This document shows positions 11,696-23,354 of a stretch of DNA of 64,000 nt, piece after piece. This stretch comes from Heterodontus francisci (lineage: Eukaryota), in the NCBI RefSeq assembly GCF_036365525.1, contig NC_090378.1, forward strand, positions 61,271,833-61,335,832, read 5' to 3'. The notes under the pieces were generated by a model, which did no database searches, had not been told where the DNA came from, and saw only the letters and a list, made by a program, of their open reading frames with translations. Every line of letters starts with the position of its first letter. Within the stretch, counting starts at the first letter, position 1. The translations under genes and the position numbers were made by a program.

Positions 11696-12695
11696 TGACA
11701 ACGTAGTGGCCCACCAACGTCATCAGAGCACTCCAAGCTGCGCACATGCGCAAACGGTCTCCTGCTCTCAGTGAGATGCTGCACTTGCACAGCCTACGTC
11801 TTGTCTGGACTAATTGGCACATGCATGGAAAAACGTCATCGCGTAACGCCAACATCATCGAGCGGCTGAACGGGGCACTTTGAGGCTGGAACTTGATCCT
11901 CGCTACTCGCTTCGCCTGCCCGCTTCCCCCCAACTCAGCTACTCTCTCCCGCCCACTGACCACTCTTCCCCCTCAGCCACTCACTCCAGACCTCGCCACT
12001 GCTCCCCCCCACTCCCCTTGGCCAATTGTTCCCCGCTCCTCACTTCCCGCATCCCCCCGCCACCCCGCTCTCTGGCCAGTCACTCGCCACTTCCCCCCCG
12101 TCAGCCGCTAGCTCTAGGGCGCACCACTTCCCTCTTCTCGGCCACTCGCTCCTGCGTCGTCCTGTCACCCCTTGCGGCCTGCCTTGCTTCTTCGTGAAAC
12201 AAGGGCCGAGAGGAGGGAAGTGGCACGGCCTGGAGATAGTCTCTGGAGGGGGGCGGGCAGGGGGAAGCGTCCGGTGAGCAGGATGGCAGGCGTGGGCAGG
12301 AAGTGAGGAGCAGGGAACAATCGGCTGAGGGGTGGAGGGGGGAGCAGTGGCGAGGTCTGGAGAGAATGGCTGAGGGAGGGGGGAAATGGCAAAGCTGTAG
12401 CAAGTGCTAAAGGGAAGGCAGCGGGGAGCCAGAGGTGAGAAGACAGGTGCAGGTGGGACTGATAGAGAGAAGTGCAATGGCAGGAGGGAGCAGGGGACTG
12501 TTGGGGGTGGGATGGAGGCGGCAGTGGCAACCGTTGAGAGGATTTTTGTGTTGAAGTTGTTTTTCTGTGATAAATTGAACAGCGCCATCTTTAAACCTGG
12601 CAGCTGCCTGAATGTCGCAGACAGTGATGTTTCAATGGAAGAGGCTGCATTTGCGCATGTGCTAGTACTGCACCATCTAGTGGTTGCGTTGTCAG
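11696..12695. mobile_element. GC-rich non-autonomous element with short terminal inverted repeats
   Basis: CTGACAACG at 11696 and CGTTGTCAG at 12687-12695. Both ends carry GCACATGCGCAAA in inverted orientation, and the internal C-rich (11.9-12.2 kb) and G-rich (12.2-12.5 kb) halves are partly complementary. No TSD recognised. Confidence 0.5.
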
Positions 12696-14639
12696 CAAAC
12701 GCAGCCACCTTTCCACAGCCCCTGGCTAGACTGCCTTCTGTGATGCCACTGTAATCTCTCTCTCTCACCAGAGGGTTCGCTTTTAAGGTCACAATTCATC
12801 ATATTAGTTTTTCTGTTATTTGATACATGTCCTTCTCCTCTGATGAGACCACACAATGGACCAGGATGTGGAATCCATGGTTATCTATTGATGTTTGGAT
12901 GAGTATCATTCTGATAAGAAATGGCTACTTCACACCTTCTTTGTCTCAGAAGAAAACTATTCAACTCTGGAATGTCTCTTGATGGTTTCAAGATGGGTGT
13001 AGTCGACACCTCTTAGTCACGAATGTATCCCTTTATTTTTTTGAGATAGTCAAATAGTGTTTGAATGCCCAGGCCAGGTCATCTGACCTTTGGTGGCCAT
13101 CTTGCAGCACATGGACCACTTTTCTTAAAGGGAAGTTAATTTCAAAGAGTCTACATTGAATAAAGTTTGTATCTTAAAAGTAGGAGTATTATATGTCCTT
13201 ACTGGACATGAAAACTGCAACTGGAAAATTCTAAACAGCGAGATCACTGACTGCTGAAATAAAAAGAATGATTCTATCCAGTCTGTCGTCACGTTTTTCC
13301 AGATTGGTAATCACATTCTACCATAAAAAAAATTCCCTGTGATGCCATTATCATGACCCACTGAACCTGCTTGTGATGAAACCACAACCTCTGTATATGT
13401 ACTCCCCTTGATTGCCATTCATTAAAATGAATGGGTGTAAAATTGTGGGCTGTGTGTGATCTGTGCTCCCAGTGTACAAGGGTCTGTGCTCTCAGAAAAT
13501 TGACCCTTCATTTATTATTCACAAGCATTCAAACAAAGTATTTTCAAAACTCAAAGGACTGTTATTACCTCTGAATTAATTAATAGCTTCAGCCGTACAG
13601 CTGGAGCCTGCCCCCTCCAGCGCCATCCTCCACCAATGTCCCCCCCAACCTTTACAGACCAACAAGTTGCCACACCAAGACCCCACTCAGTCAATGGGAC
13701 CATAGTAGCCTCACTAATGGCATTGGAGCCAACCCATAATATTCAAATGACACCATCCTCAGAACTTGGGACAGGATGAAGGCAAACTGCTGGGTGGAAG
13801 TCCCGTCCTTTCACACTTCTGGTGACACATCTCCAAGAGACCAGATTCTGGGTTTGTATTTTTGTTGTTCTTCAAGATTGAACCAGGCATTCTCAAGAAC
13901 ATAAAGCCTGGAAAATATTCGTGTTGGTAGTAGTGGAGGAAACCTTAATGTATTCCAATGACTTTTCTCTGCCCACTATTTTAATGGAAGTATTATCTTA
14001 TTTAAAATGAATGGGCTATTGTCTCTGTTAAAATAGCAGGCAGAGGAATGACATGGAGATGTAATGTGAGATTGTCTGCTCTCCAAGTTGAAGTCGTTAG
14101 CTTCACTTGATCCATTTGTTTATATGTAAATTCCTAGAAATGATCAATAGTGTGGATAACGTGACACTAGGATTGCTTCTTTTTGAGTGCTGTGTGAGCC
14201 TGTGGTACCTCTTGCTTACCTAATTCTACAATGTGAAATCATTAGAGTAAACAATAGGCCCCCTGGCACACAGTACATGAGCATTGGGAATGCCCTAGGT
14301 CTGGGGCAAAACTGCACCATTCAATGACAATACTATTGTGGTCTTGTTGCAGGAGGTCCTGCGTTGAAGAAAAGCTCTTTGTAGAGGTGAGGGCCACCCT
14401 TCAATAAAGAGCGGCCCGAGCCTGAATAGGGGTGACAGAGTAAGTGAACGCTGTCTCACCTGAGGAAGAAATTCACAAGACTATGCAAGGCTGACAAGGA
14501 ATATGTTCTAAAATGTGACTTAATTTTACAGAGTTGCCTTACAATGCATCTTAACTACACTAACTATCCAGCTATCGAAATGACTGCCAGGGTCATCTTG
14601 TTGCAGGGCATTGCGCAGCATTGCTGTCTCAGTGTGCAT

Positions 14640-14830
14640 CGTGTTGACCAGACCTAATTACTCCAATGTCCTTCTAGCTGGCCTCCCAGCCTCCACCCAC
14701 TGTAAATTCCAGCTCATCTAAAACTCTGCTGCCTGTACCCTATCCTCCACCAAGTCCCGCTCACCTATCACCCTGTCTTCACTCACCTACATTGGCTCCC
14801 AGTCCCCAACACTGACCTGCAATTTTAAGT
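14640..14830 (+). mobile_element. L2-clade LINE 3' fragment
   Basis: ...CAGCTCATCTAAAACTCTGCTGCC...TCACCCTGTC..ACCTACATTGGCTCCC, shared with the copies at 32.2, 41.7 and 53.0 kb. Confidence 0.6.
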
Positions 14831-15089
14831 TGTTTCTGTCAACATGTTGCCACTTTACATTCCAGTTATGTCTCGTGGTTCTGAGGGTACATTATTGGAC
14901 AGCAATATAAAATTCATATGAATGAGAAAAAACATTTGTCAAATCAAAGCTGCTTTTTAAAAATCTATATTCTAGCCCAAACAGATGTGTGATTTCATTT
15001 TTCCCATTGCATTCCTCTATTCTTCCATCTCCTCCCTAACCTGGAACTTTTTGATTTCCTTTTTCAACAATATTTCCCCCCTTCAATTT

Positions 15090-15340
15090 CTTTCCTTTTT
15101 CTCCCAAAGGCACTCCCTTGTACCGGTGTACGCACCTGTGAGTCTAGACCACTGGCAGGCAATGATACTGAGGGGCGGCATCACAACCAAGTGTGAATCT
15201 ATTCTCACCTGACATCCACGTTTCAGCAGTGGCCACTGTTTCGCAATCAGCAGCAGGGAGGCAGGCTGAGTTTCCTCGTCCCCTTCCTATCCAAGACCAT
15301 TAAGGCTAACTGCGACACCTCTACTGCTGAATCGGCTGAC
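15090..15340 (-). mobile_element. Old LF-SINE-like element
   Basis: Reverse-complement similarity to 18915-19355 and 52700-53010. Confidence 0.45.
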
Positions 15341-15564
15341 ACTTAATATTGGGGCCAAATTTAATCTAACTCGTCAGTTGGGAAACAGATGGGAACAGGT
15401 GTAATGTTGATTTTATGCTCCAATAAATATTACTCCACATTGAAGTTAAAAGAGAGTAATATTAGGCAGAGTGTAAAGGTAGCGTTCCATCCGATCCCAT
15501 GGGTTTCCCACCACGCAAGTTAGGTTTAAACGATCTCCATTAATAAACCAACAGGATCAAGCCT

Positions 15565-15575
15565 GGGAAATTCCC
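15565..15575. promoter_or_regulatory. Candidate NF-kB site upstream of caiap
   Basis: GGGAAATTCCC fits GGGRNWYYCC and sits inside the near-palindrome AGCCTGGGAAATTCCCAGGCT, ~1.1 kb upstream of the ATG. Confidence 0.4.
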
Positions 15576-16667
15576 AGGCTACATAGCACAACTGCACACT
15601 AGACTTAGCGACTGAGCCTTTAAAGGCACATCATTTGCATCTTTAAAAAAAAATCCATAGATTCTGCAACAACATATTCCTGATGTGTACAACTCCACGT
15701 AACAAGAAATCGAACTTTCATTCATGGTCAGCTTTCTCAAGCTTATAATTATGGTCCCTAGTTCTTTGCTCCTGGTTCCACACAAAGAATTCCTTAGCTT
15801 TCAGCACAACAAATCCCTTCATACTTTAAAAAACATTGCATCATATCCTTCAGTATGGTACGACAGTTCAAAGCTGCCAATTTGTAGGTTTTTTTGTCAT
15901 TTAATTTAGTAGCTCCATACAACCAAATATGGAGAGCTTACTGCATGATACACTGTTGTAGGTCATTTTTATCAATACTGGGAAAAATTAACCACCAGTT
16001 ACTCCCAAAGCAAGCAAACTGTAAAACTCCAAAAATCAGTTAGGAAATATACACATCAACAGGTTTAGATGCATGCTCCACAGTTTGTAGAAGTTTTCTC
16101 CTGGCATTGGTTGAGTGTTGTTTTGTTGTTTTGTTTTCTTAACACAAAGACCTAACAGACTCCAAGCAACAGTAGCTAAGCTGCAGATTTTCACATCACC
16201 TGACTGACTACTTACACCAGATTAGTGGATGGCAAATACAAAGGTTTGGCTCACAGGAGAAAAAAGTGACTTTTTGATGGTTTAATGCTCAAGATCTGAT
16301 GAAATTGCTCAAATATTTATTGTGCAGGCCAAACTGAACACGTTTGCCAAAGTTTTTGATGTCATTATTGTGTCGGAATAAAGCAACTAACCTTGTTGCT
16401 ATGGTGTGTGGCAGTTAACGATTCATTCAGGGATTAGGACTCATTTTACAAGTTGAAATCTTGCTGCGCTGCCCTAGCCTCTGTGGACTCTATTTTAAGG
16501 CTAAGTTACATCAGCCTTAATGATGATTGACCTTCAGCCATGGAAAGGAGTGTATATTTAATGAAGTGAAGTGACTTTTATTGTTTCGAGATTTGAAAAT
16601 TACCAGAAAAAGGTTTCTGCTGACAATCAACTTATTTCTTAATCAGTACGCATGTCAATGTGACACG

Positions 16668-18899
16668 ATGCCCATAAATGGTACCGGTATTTTTACAAAT
16701 CCATATGCAATTGAGGTTCTACAAAGCAAGAAAAAGGAACTGGTAGCAGGAATTATCAACACTGATCGTCTTCTGGACTGGTTGGTTGAGAATCGTATAA
16801 TTTCACCAGATAAGAGAATCGCTGTGTCGAACTACAAGACACGGGAGGAAAAGAACTCGAGAGTTCTGGATATCTTGGTATCTTGTGGTGAGAGAGCCTG
16901 CAGACTGTTCTTTTATCCTTGCCTCAAGCATGTGGAACCAGCTCTGTACAATTACATCAGGAGTTATGTTAGTAATGTGTCCAGCACCTTTGGGGATGCC
17001 AGGAGACAGCTAGTGGGATACCTTTTAGAAAGAGATAAGGATGAAATCCCCAGGAATAACCCCAAAACGGCAGAGGAATTCAAAAAGAAGCCACATCAGA
17101 TGCCAAAAACAGCTAGTAGACCTCAACCTGTCCAGGTTGAACTTATTGAACTGTACCATGCTGCAGCATTGGGCGATCTTTCGAGTCTTGATAGAGCTTT
17201 GGGAGACAACAACATAAATGGCACAAATGCTTCTAATGAAACCCTGTTGCACATTGCTGCTGCCCATGGGCATGTTACAATTATTGAATATTTATTAAAT
17301 AAAGGAGCAAAGATAGAAGTGAGGGATAACAAAGGTCAATCACCTCTCCATCGGGCTGCAGAGGAAGGGCACACAGGTGCAGCCAAAATGCTTCTCCAAG
17401 CTGGAGCACATATCTATGCTTTGGATACAGAATCCCGAAGTCCATTGCACTTAGCTGCCCAGAACAATAATTTCTCCATCATGAAGCTGATGTTGAAAGA
17501 AGAAGCCAGAAATGATAAAAGGAAGAAATCTTTTTTGCACATGGCTGCACTCAGAGATGAAAGTAAACTAGCACAAATCATTCTCCAATATGGAGCTCGG
17601 GTTGACTCTAAGGATGAGAAGAACAGAACCCCATTGTTTCATGCTACTTCCCACGGACATCTCAATACTGTGAAGGTACTGCTGGAAACTGGAGCCAAGG
17701 TCGATGTTGATCTAATTCATACAGCATTTAATAGTAATAATCAATTCCTGATTAGGCTGATCTTGGAGCATGGCAGTAAAATTAGCTCTTCTGTCCTGGT
17801 CAGTGCACTCTTTAAAGCAGTTCAGAAAAATCTAGACAGAACTGTGGGCATTATAATTGAACAGGGCATTGACGCCAACACCAGAAATGAAATGCAATAC
17901 ACCCCTTTACTGTTAGCAGCAGAACTTGGCCATGCCGAAACTGTCGAAATCCTTATAAATAAAGGCGCACGTTTAGATGAAAGGACACCTAATATGAACA
18001 GTGCATTACACCTCACGGTCCAGACTGGTTCTGTTTCTGTTGCAAAACTGCTGATTGACCAGGGGATGGATGCAAACATTATTGGCTCTGGTGACCAAAC
18101 ACCCTTGCACGTTGCATCCTTTCATAACCAACCACCAATGATAGAGACTTTGATAGGAGGAGGTTCAAAGGTCAATGCAGTCACTAAGGAAGCAGTTACA
18201 CCCTTACATATCGCTTCACAAAAGGGTAACAAAGATACAGCAGAATGTCTCATCCAGAACAAAGCGGATGTGAATGCCAAAGACAGATACATGAGAACAC
18301 CCTTGCACATGGCTGCTGTAGTTGGAGATGCCTCCATTGCAGAGCTACTTCTGTCAAACCAGGCTGATCCTAATGCAGTAAATAAAGAGAAGAAGACCCC
18401 ACTCCATTTGGCTGCTAATGAGGGTCATTTGGATTTTGTATCTTTGATGTTAACCAGAAGGGCCAAGTTTGCCGTAAAAGATATGGATGGGAATACTCCA
18501 ATGCACTATGCAGCCAGCAATAGCCATAGCATTGTTGTCAAAGCTCTTTTATTGGCTGGAAAAAATAAAAACATAGATGATAAGAATGTTTGGCGGAAAA
18601 CACCATTACATCTAGCAGCAGAGCATAGTCATGAGGGCCTGGTAGAGTTGCTGTTGATCAGTGGAGCTGCCATTAATGCTTTAGACAATACCAAAGACAC
18701 ACCTCTTCATTGTGCTTGCAAATCGGGCAACTTTAACACTGCCCAAAAACTAATCAACTGGTCTCAAGGTGAAAAACCCAAGTTTCACTCAACAAATAGC
18801 TTAAAAAAGACCCCTCTTCAAGTTGCAGAAACTGGAGATACAGATAGCCACCATCAAATAGCAGCATTATTGAAAAAAAAAATGATGTTAACGAGATAA
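16668..18899 (+). CDS. caiap: CARD- and ankyrin-repeat-containing inflammasome adaptor protein (single coding exon, 743 aa)
   Basis: Uninterrupted ORF with an N-terminal CARD-like region (FTNPYAIEVLQSKKKELVAGI..LLDWLVENRII..RVLDILVSCGERACRLF) and about 15-16 ankyrin repeats (TPLHxAA...G...LL..GA.VN). First ATG at 16668 follows a splice acceptor (CTGAC...TTATTTCTTAATCAG, 16646). The architecture matches Caiap described in zebrafish. Confidence 0.88.
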   Translation: MPINGTGIFTNPYAIEVLQSKKKELVAGIINTDRLLDWLVENRIISPDKRIAVSNYKTREEKNSRVLDILVSCGERACRLFFYPCLKHVEPALYNYIRSYVSNVSSTFGDARRQLVGYLLERDKDEIPRNNPKTAEEFKKKPHQMPKTASRPQPVQVELIELYHAAALGDLSSLDRALGDNNINGTNASNETLLHIAAAHGHVTIIEYLLNKGAKIEVRDNKGQSPLHRAAEEGHTGAAKMLLQAGAHIYALDTESRSPLHLAAQNNNFSIMKLMLKEEARNDKRKKSFLHMAALRDESKLAQIILQYGARVDSKDEKNRTPLFHATSHGHLNTVKVLLETGAKVDVDLIHTAFNSNNQFLIRLILEHGSKISSSVLVSALFKAVQKNLDRTVGIIIEQGIDANTRNEMQYTPLLLAAELGHAETVEILINKGARLDERTPNMNSALHLTVQTGSVSVAKLLIDQGMDANIIGSGDQTPLHVASFHNQPPMIETLIGGGSKVNAVTKEAVTPLHIASQKGNKDTAECLIQNKADVNAKDRYMRTPLHMAAVVGDASIAELLLSNQADPNAVNKEKKTPLHLAANEGHLDFVSLMLTRRAKFAVKDMDGNTPMHYAASNSHSIVVKALLLAGKNKNIDDKNVWRKTPLHLAAEHSHEGLVELLLISGAAINALDNTKDTPLHCACKSGNFNTAQKLINWSQGEKPKFHSTNSLKKTPLQVAETGDTDSHHQIAALLKKKMMLTR

Positions 18900-18914
18900 G
18901 AAAAAACTCAACTT

Positions 18915-19355
18915 CCCTGATGGCTTGCTTAATTGGTCAATGCACTACCTAGTGTGGACTGAGACTAATGGACCAGTACCGTCCCAGTATCAACTCTGTG
19001 TTGTGCTGAGTTAACCAACCTCAGCCAAGTTGAATTAAGATGCTTCATAACCCGAGACCTCGCGGTGGGAGGGAGGTGTGTGGGATGGGTCGGGCGATGG
19101 AGGGAATTCGTTAGCATTCCTGCTTCTAATTGCTATCCAGTGACACTTTTTCAAAAATGCATGGTGTGAACTTTGGGTGAGAACAAGATCAGGCTTGGGT
19201 GTGCTGTTGTCCTCCATTTCAAATTCAAATAGTGAACCAACTCTTACCATCAAGACTCACAGATGAAAAATGTCACTTAGATGAGGTACCACACGGCTGC
19301 TGACATGTTTGGAACATAGCATGACAGTGTTTTTAGAGGAAGAGGGGAGAAAATG
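18915..19355 (+). mobile_element. Old LF-SINE-like element at the start of the caiap 3' UTR
   Basis: GTGCTGAGTTAACCAACCTCAGC...GCTATCCAGTGAC...GGGTGAGAACAAGATCAGGCT...AGAGGAAGAGGGGAGAAAA resembles the LF-SINE-type consensus as recalled. Confidence 0.55.
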
Positions 19356-19429
19356 AAAAAAAAAAGCTCATTCTGAAGCTGCGCTATTCATTGTGGCTCA
19401 AAAGTACAAAACACAGAAAAAAAACACAT

Positions 19430-20168
19430 GGGGCTGGATTTTACTTTGGGTGGATGGGAGCTGGCCACCACCATAAAAGTCAGTGGTGAGCCTGCTTCCA
19501 CCTAGCCTGGAAATCCATCCTGCATTTTACAGGTCCCCATGCTTTAATTTCTCCGAAGGCAGGACTTCCACCTGTTTGAGGGAGGAAATCCCACCTCATT
19601 GAGCTGCCGGCCAATCATCGAGCCGGCAGCTGTCAGTCCCAGCAGGGCCACCGGGAGCAGTGGCCACTGCTGGGACTACGGCCCAGCCGAGGACATGGAG
19701 CCAGGAGTGCAGGTAAGTTTGGTTTGCCTTGCCGGGGGCAATCGGTTGGGCCCCAATGAGGCACGGGTGGTCATTTGGGGGGAAGGGGGCATCGTGGGTC
19801 CTGGGGGTGGTTGGGGAAGCGGGGGGCAGCCCTCAATTGGGCACCCTGTGCCCGTTTGTCAGCGCCCACCCCGGGTCACTGAGAGGCTGCCAGCTCTCAC
19901 TGGTCAACCTTTCCTGGCTCCAGGACGCCCGCTTGCCATGAGTAAAATCCCCGTGGAGGCAGGCAAAGGCCATTAAGTGGCCGTTAATTGGCAACTTAAG
20001 GGCCTTGATTGGCCTGGGGCAGGTGGCCATTTTCCACCCCCACCCCGCCCTACGTAAAGTGGGGCGGAGGCGGGAGCAGGTTGGGAAGGCCTCCCAGAGC
20101 CTCCCGCTCCATTTGACGCCACCACCCCACCACCATCCGGCTTGCTGGGGTGGCGTAAAATTCCGGCC
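19430..20168. mobile_element. GC-rich MITE-like non-autonomous DNA element
   Basis: Imperfect TIRs GGGCTGGATTTTAC ... GTAAAATTCCGGCC; no credible coding capacity. Confidence 0.6.
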
Positions 20169-20514
20169 ATGCTTACAACAAGTAAACAGCAAAATTATTA
20201 ATTGCAAAAGTACATGGAAGTATCTCTAAAAGAGAACTCTGTATTGTAGAATGATGGCACATGTTTAATCTAGCCACCCCTACCTCCATATGGGATGCAG
20301 TGATGCATTATTTCTGAGACTGGATCACAGTTTCGTTTGATTAGAATTCATTTCTGCAGTTTCCCTTTTACTTTTACTCTCCTGTTTACTGTTTCATGGC
20401 AAGAATCCATGTTTCATCTTAAAATTTCTATTTTTTGTTTACTTTTTGTGCTACAGAAATGTTAAAATATATACAAGACAGTAATACAGCAATGCAATAC
20501 CAATGAGCATGAAT

Positions 20515-20680
20515 ACAAAAGTGAAATACTGTGGATGCTAGAAATGTGAAATAAAAACAGAAAATGCTGGAAATACTCAGCAGGCAGGTTGCTGTGTTCT
20601 GGTGAAGTGCCATTGACCTGAAATGTTAACTCTTTCTCTCCCCACAAATGCTGCCAGCCCTTCCAGGTTTTTCTGTTCAG
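20515..20680. mobile_element. Short Penelope-terminus derivative
   Basis: Same motifs as the ends of 178-2064: AAATACTGTGGATGCT.GAAAT.TGAAATAAAAACAGAAAATGCTGGAAATACTCAGCAGG, plus a degenerate hammerhead core. Confidence 0.65.
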
Positions 20681-21385
20681 TGAACATGCATCAAGTTTGG
20701 ACAATTATTGTGAAAATGACACTATTTCACAAAGGTTCCACTAACTGCTTTGTGCTTCTCAAACTAATCAATAGGATTAGCCGTCAGAATAGATGACAAA
20801 CTTCTCAACGTTATCATTAGGTTTTTTTTTAACTTTCTTATGTATAATATTGGGTGCTCAATCAAGTCATTTACAAATCAGGTGAAACAAACATTTTGAG
20901 CAATTTTTTCCCCCTTTAGTTCAGTGTCAGCAACAATAGTATTGAACTGGTTGATACATGTTAAGAATAGTTAATGTACAGTCGTTTTGCTATTCAGCTC
21001 TATTGATTAACAAGTATAATTTCCATTCTGAAATACATTTTTTTTTTGCACTTGTAATGAATGTATTGTGGCTTTTATTTTAACTCTGCTACAATGATAT
21101 TTGTATTTTGTTACTTTTTGTGAATCATAATCATGGAACTATAGTCACTATCTGGGCAGTGTTTACAGTTTTTATGCTTTTCTTTAAGAAAAAAACACAA
21201 AAAATATATTTTAATTGAAGAATTTTAGCAAATTTATAAAAGTGTACAAATGACATGGTAAATACTACTGACAGACATGTAAAATTTAGAATATTTCTGA
21301 CTAACATGTATTGTTTATGTGTGTACAAATATGTCTTGCTGATTCTTTTTAGTGAATATTAATTTTATGTTGTAGTTTTAATGGG

Positions 21386-21391
21386 AATAAA
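21386..21391 (+). other. Candidate polyadenylation signal for caiap
   Basis: AATAAA at the end of an AT-rich non-repeat stretch downstream of the CDS. Confidence 0.3.
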
Positions 21392-22520
21392 ATGGAGCAA
21401 TTTTGCTTCACATTTACCCAAAAACCATACAGAGTAATGTCATTATTTTGAAGTGCAAGGGTAGCAAGGAGAGTGTTGGGGTTTGCTCTATCTCATCTGT
21501 TAAACCCACTGAGGTTCACCTTTAGAACTTAACAGCACTAAACCTATCCTCACAGAAGCACATCAGTTTTAAGGTACACAACTAAAGATCTTTTGAAACA
21601 TTGGTAAGAACACATTAAAGTATGGAATGAGAGAAAAAACCTTTCTGCCAAATCAAGCCTACTTATTGCAATAGACCAAATACAATTTATTTAAATTCCT
21701 GAGTGAACTGTAAATTCCAAGAAGACAGTAAAAACATTTCCTAACACCTGAAAGATACTAAACAAAAACTCTGGGCATCAATCTAACATCACAGTCTCCA
21801 GTTTTATTCCGAATGTGGTATTTACAGGGTCCGAACAGAAAACTGGCTGTTCATCAAAAGGTCTTCTGTAATCCTGACTCTACCTTTCCAATTTACATTA
21901 CAGTGCTTACGCTGAAGATGTTGGTGCAAATGCTTCTAAATGGGTTAAGTGACAAACTGAAAACTGTTTCCTCCCTGTTTCAAAGTGGACTCTTGATCAT
22001 TGCCAATCCCTTGCATCATCAACAATAACTGCATGTGATAATGTACTGTAATGCATAATTTATAAGTAATTTATAAGAAACTGGATTGCTACCTTTTGTG
22101 ACCCTATTCCAAGTAATTTTGGACAGTGTATTTTGTGTTTTCTAATGGAGCTTTATTGGTTAATGGGTTGTGTAGTATGGTAGCGGTGGTGCAGTACCAT
22201 GGCTTGGTTAACCTATAATGAAACCATTGTCCAAAAAGTACAATGTTTATGGGCATCTATACAGAATTATATATTTCTGGTGAAATAGGCATAGGTTGTG
22301 ACAATAAGTTTTATTAAATTTGAATGTAATTCTTACTGAGACACGCAAAAACAACTGGAAAAATCAAGACAATTTACGATAAAACCAAATAATCGGGTAA
22401 ATGAAATCAATAAATAGAAAATACCAGGATTGTAGCGCACATTTAAGTCAAATCTGTGGCGATAACATCTACAGGTCTAATTACATAATTTAGTATAGGT
22501 CAGTATATCATAATATAGTC

Positions 22521-22850
22521 TTATTTATTTAGAGATACAGCACTGAAACAGGCCCTTCGGCCCACTGAGTCTATGCCGACCATCAACCACCCATTTATAC
22601 TAATCCTACATTAATCCCATATTCCTAACACATCCCCTCCTTCCCCCTACCTATACTAGGGACAACTTATAATGGCCAATTTACCTATCAACCTGCAAGT
22701 CTTTGACTGCAGGAGGAAACCAGAGCACCCGGCAAAAACCCACATGGTCACAGGGAGAACTTGCAAACTCCGCACAGGCAGTGCCCAGAATTAAGCCCGG
22801 GTTGCTGGAGCTGTAAGGCTGCGGTGCTAAGCACTGCGCCACTGTGCCGC
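22521..22850 (-). mobile_element. tRNA-derived V-SINE (HE1-like elasmobranch SINE)
   Basis: Minus strand has an A-box-like TGGCGCAGTG head, a V-domain (TGTGCGGAGTTTGCAAGTTCTCCC) and a CR1-like tail GGGCCGAAGGGCCTGTTTCAGTGCTGTATCTCTAAATAAA. Confidence 0.85.
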
Positions 22851-23354
22851 ACTGTGTCTGTGAAACACTTGCAATGCAGCTCAGCAGAAGAGCCACTGAA
22901 ACCTCAGAAAACAGTATCTACACCATTTATTGGGGATTTACATGACTTCTCTGCTGAAGTTACAATGGACAATTCAGAAAATTCCCATGAAAATTCAGCC
23001 CCCGTATATTTTGACAAATAAAAAGACAAGGCAATCTGATTTAAATGATGGCTCAGAAAGACATAAGTCTAATATGGTTAATAAAGTATTGCGAAACAAC
23101 CTGTTCCTACTAATCCCATCAGTATCGGTACCAAAATGGGTATTGCCCCATATGTTGCAAATATGTTGATTTTGCTCCTGTTTACTACATGCCTGTGAAA
23201 GCTTGCAAATACATATCATAATTTATTATTTGCATGATTCAGTAGATAACTGCAGAGATATTTGGAAAAAATGAAATAAAAAGCGTGAATTTAACCTTTA
23301 AAAATGTTTTATTGTTCTTTGACTACAACCTGTATATATTTGTTATTTTCATTT

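Noticed and set aside
12040-12792. 250-aa and overlapping ORFs in the GC-rich element
   Set aside because: Low-complexity Pro/Ser/Gly translations of a GC-rich repeat with no transposase motifs.
12838-12870. CTGATGAG as a possible hammerhead core
   Set aside because: No downstream GAAA or stem III arrangement.
16581-16667. N-terminal extension of the 772-aa ORF in the track
   Set aside because: It starts at TTG and crosses a branch point and splice acceptor; the first ATG is at 16668.
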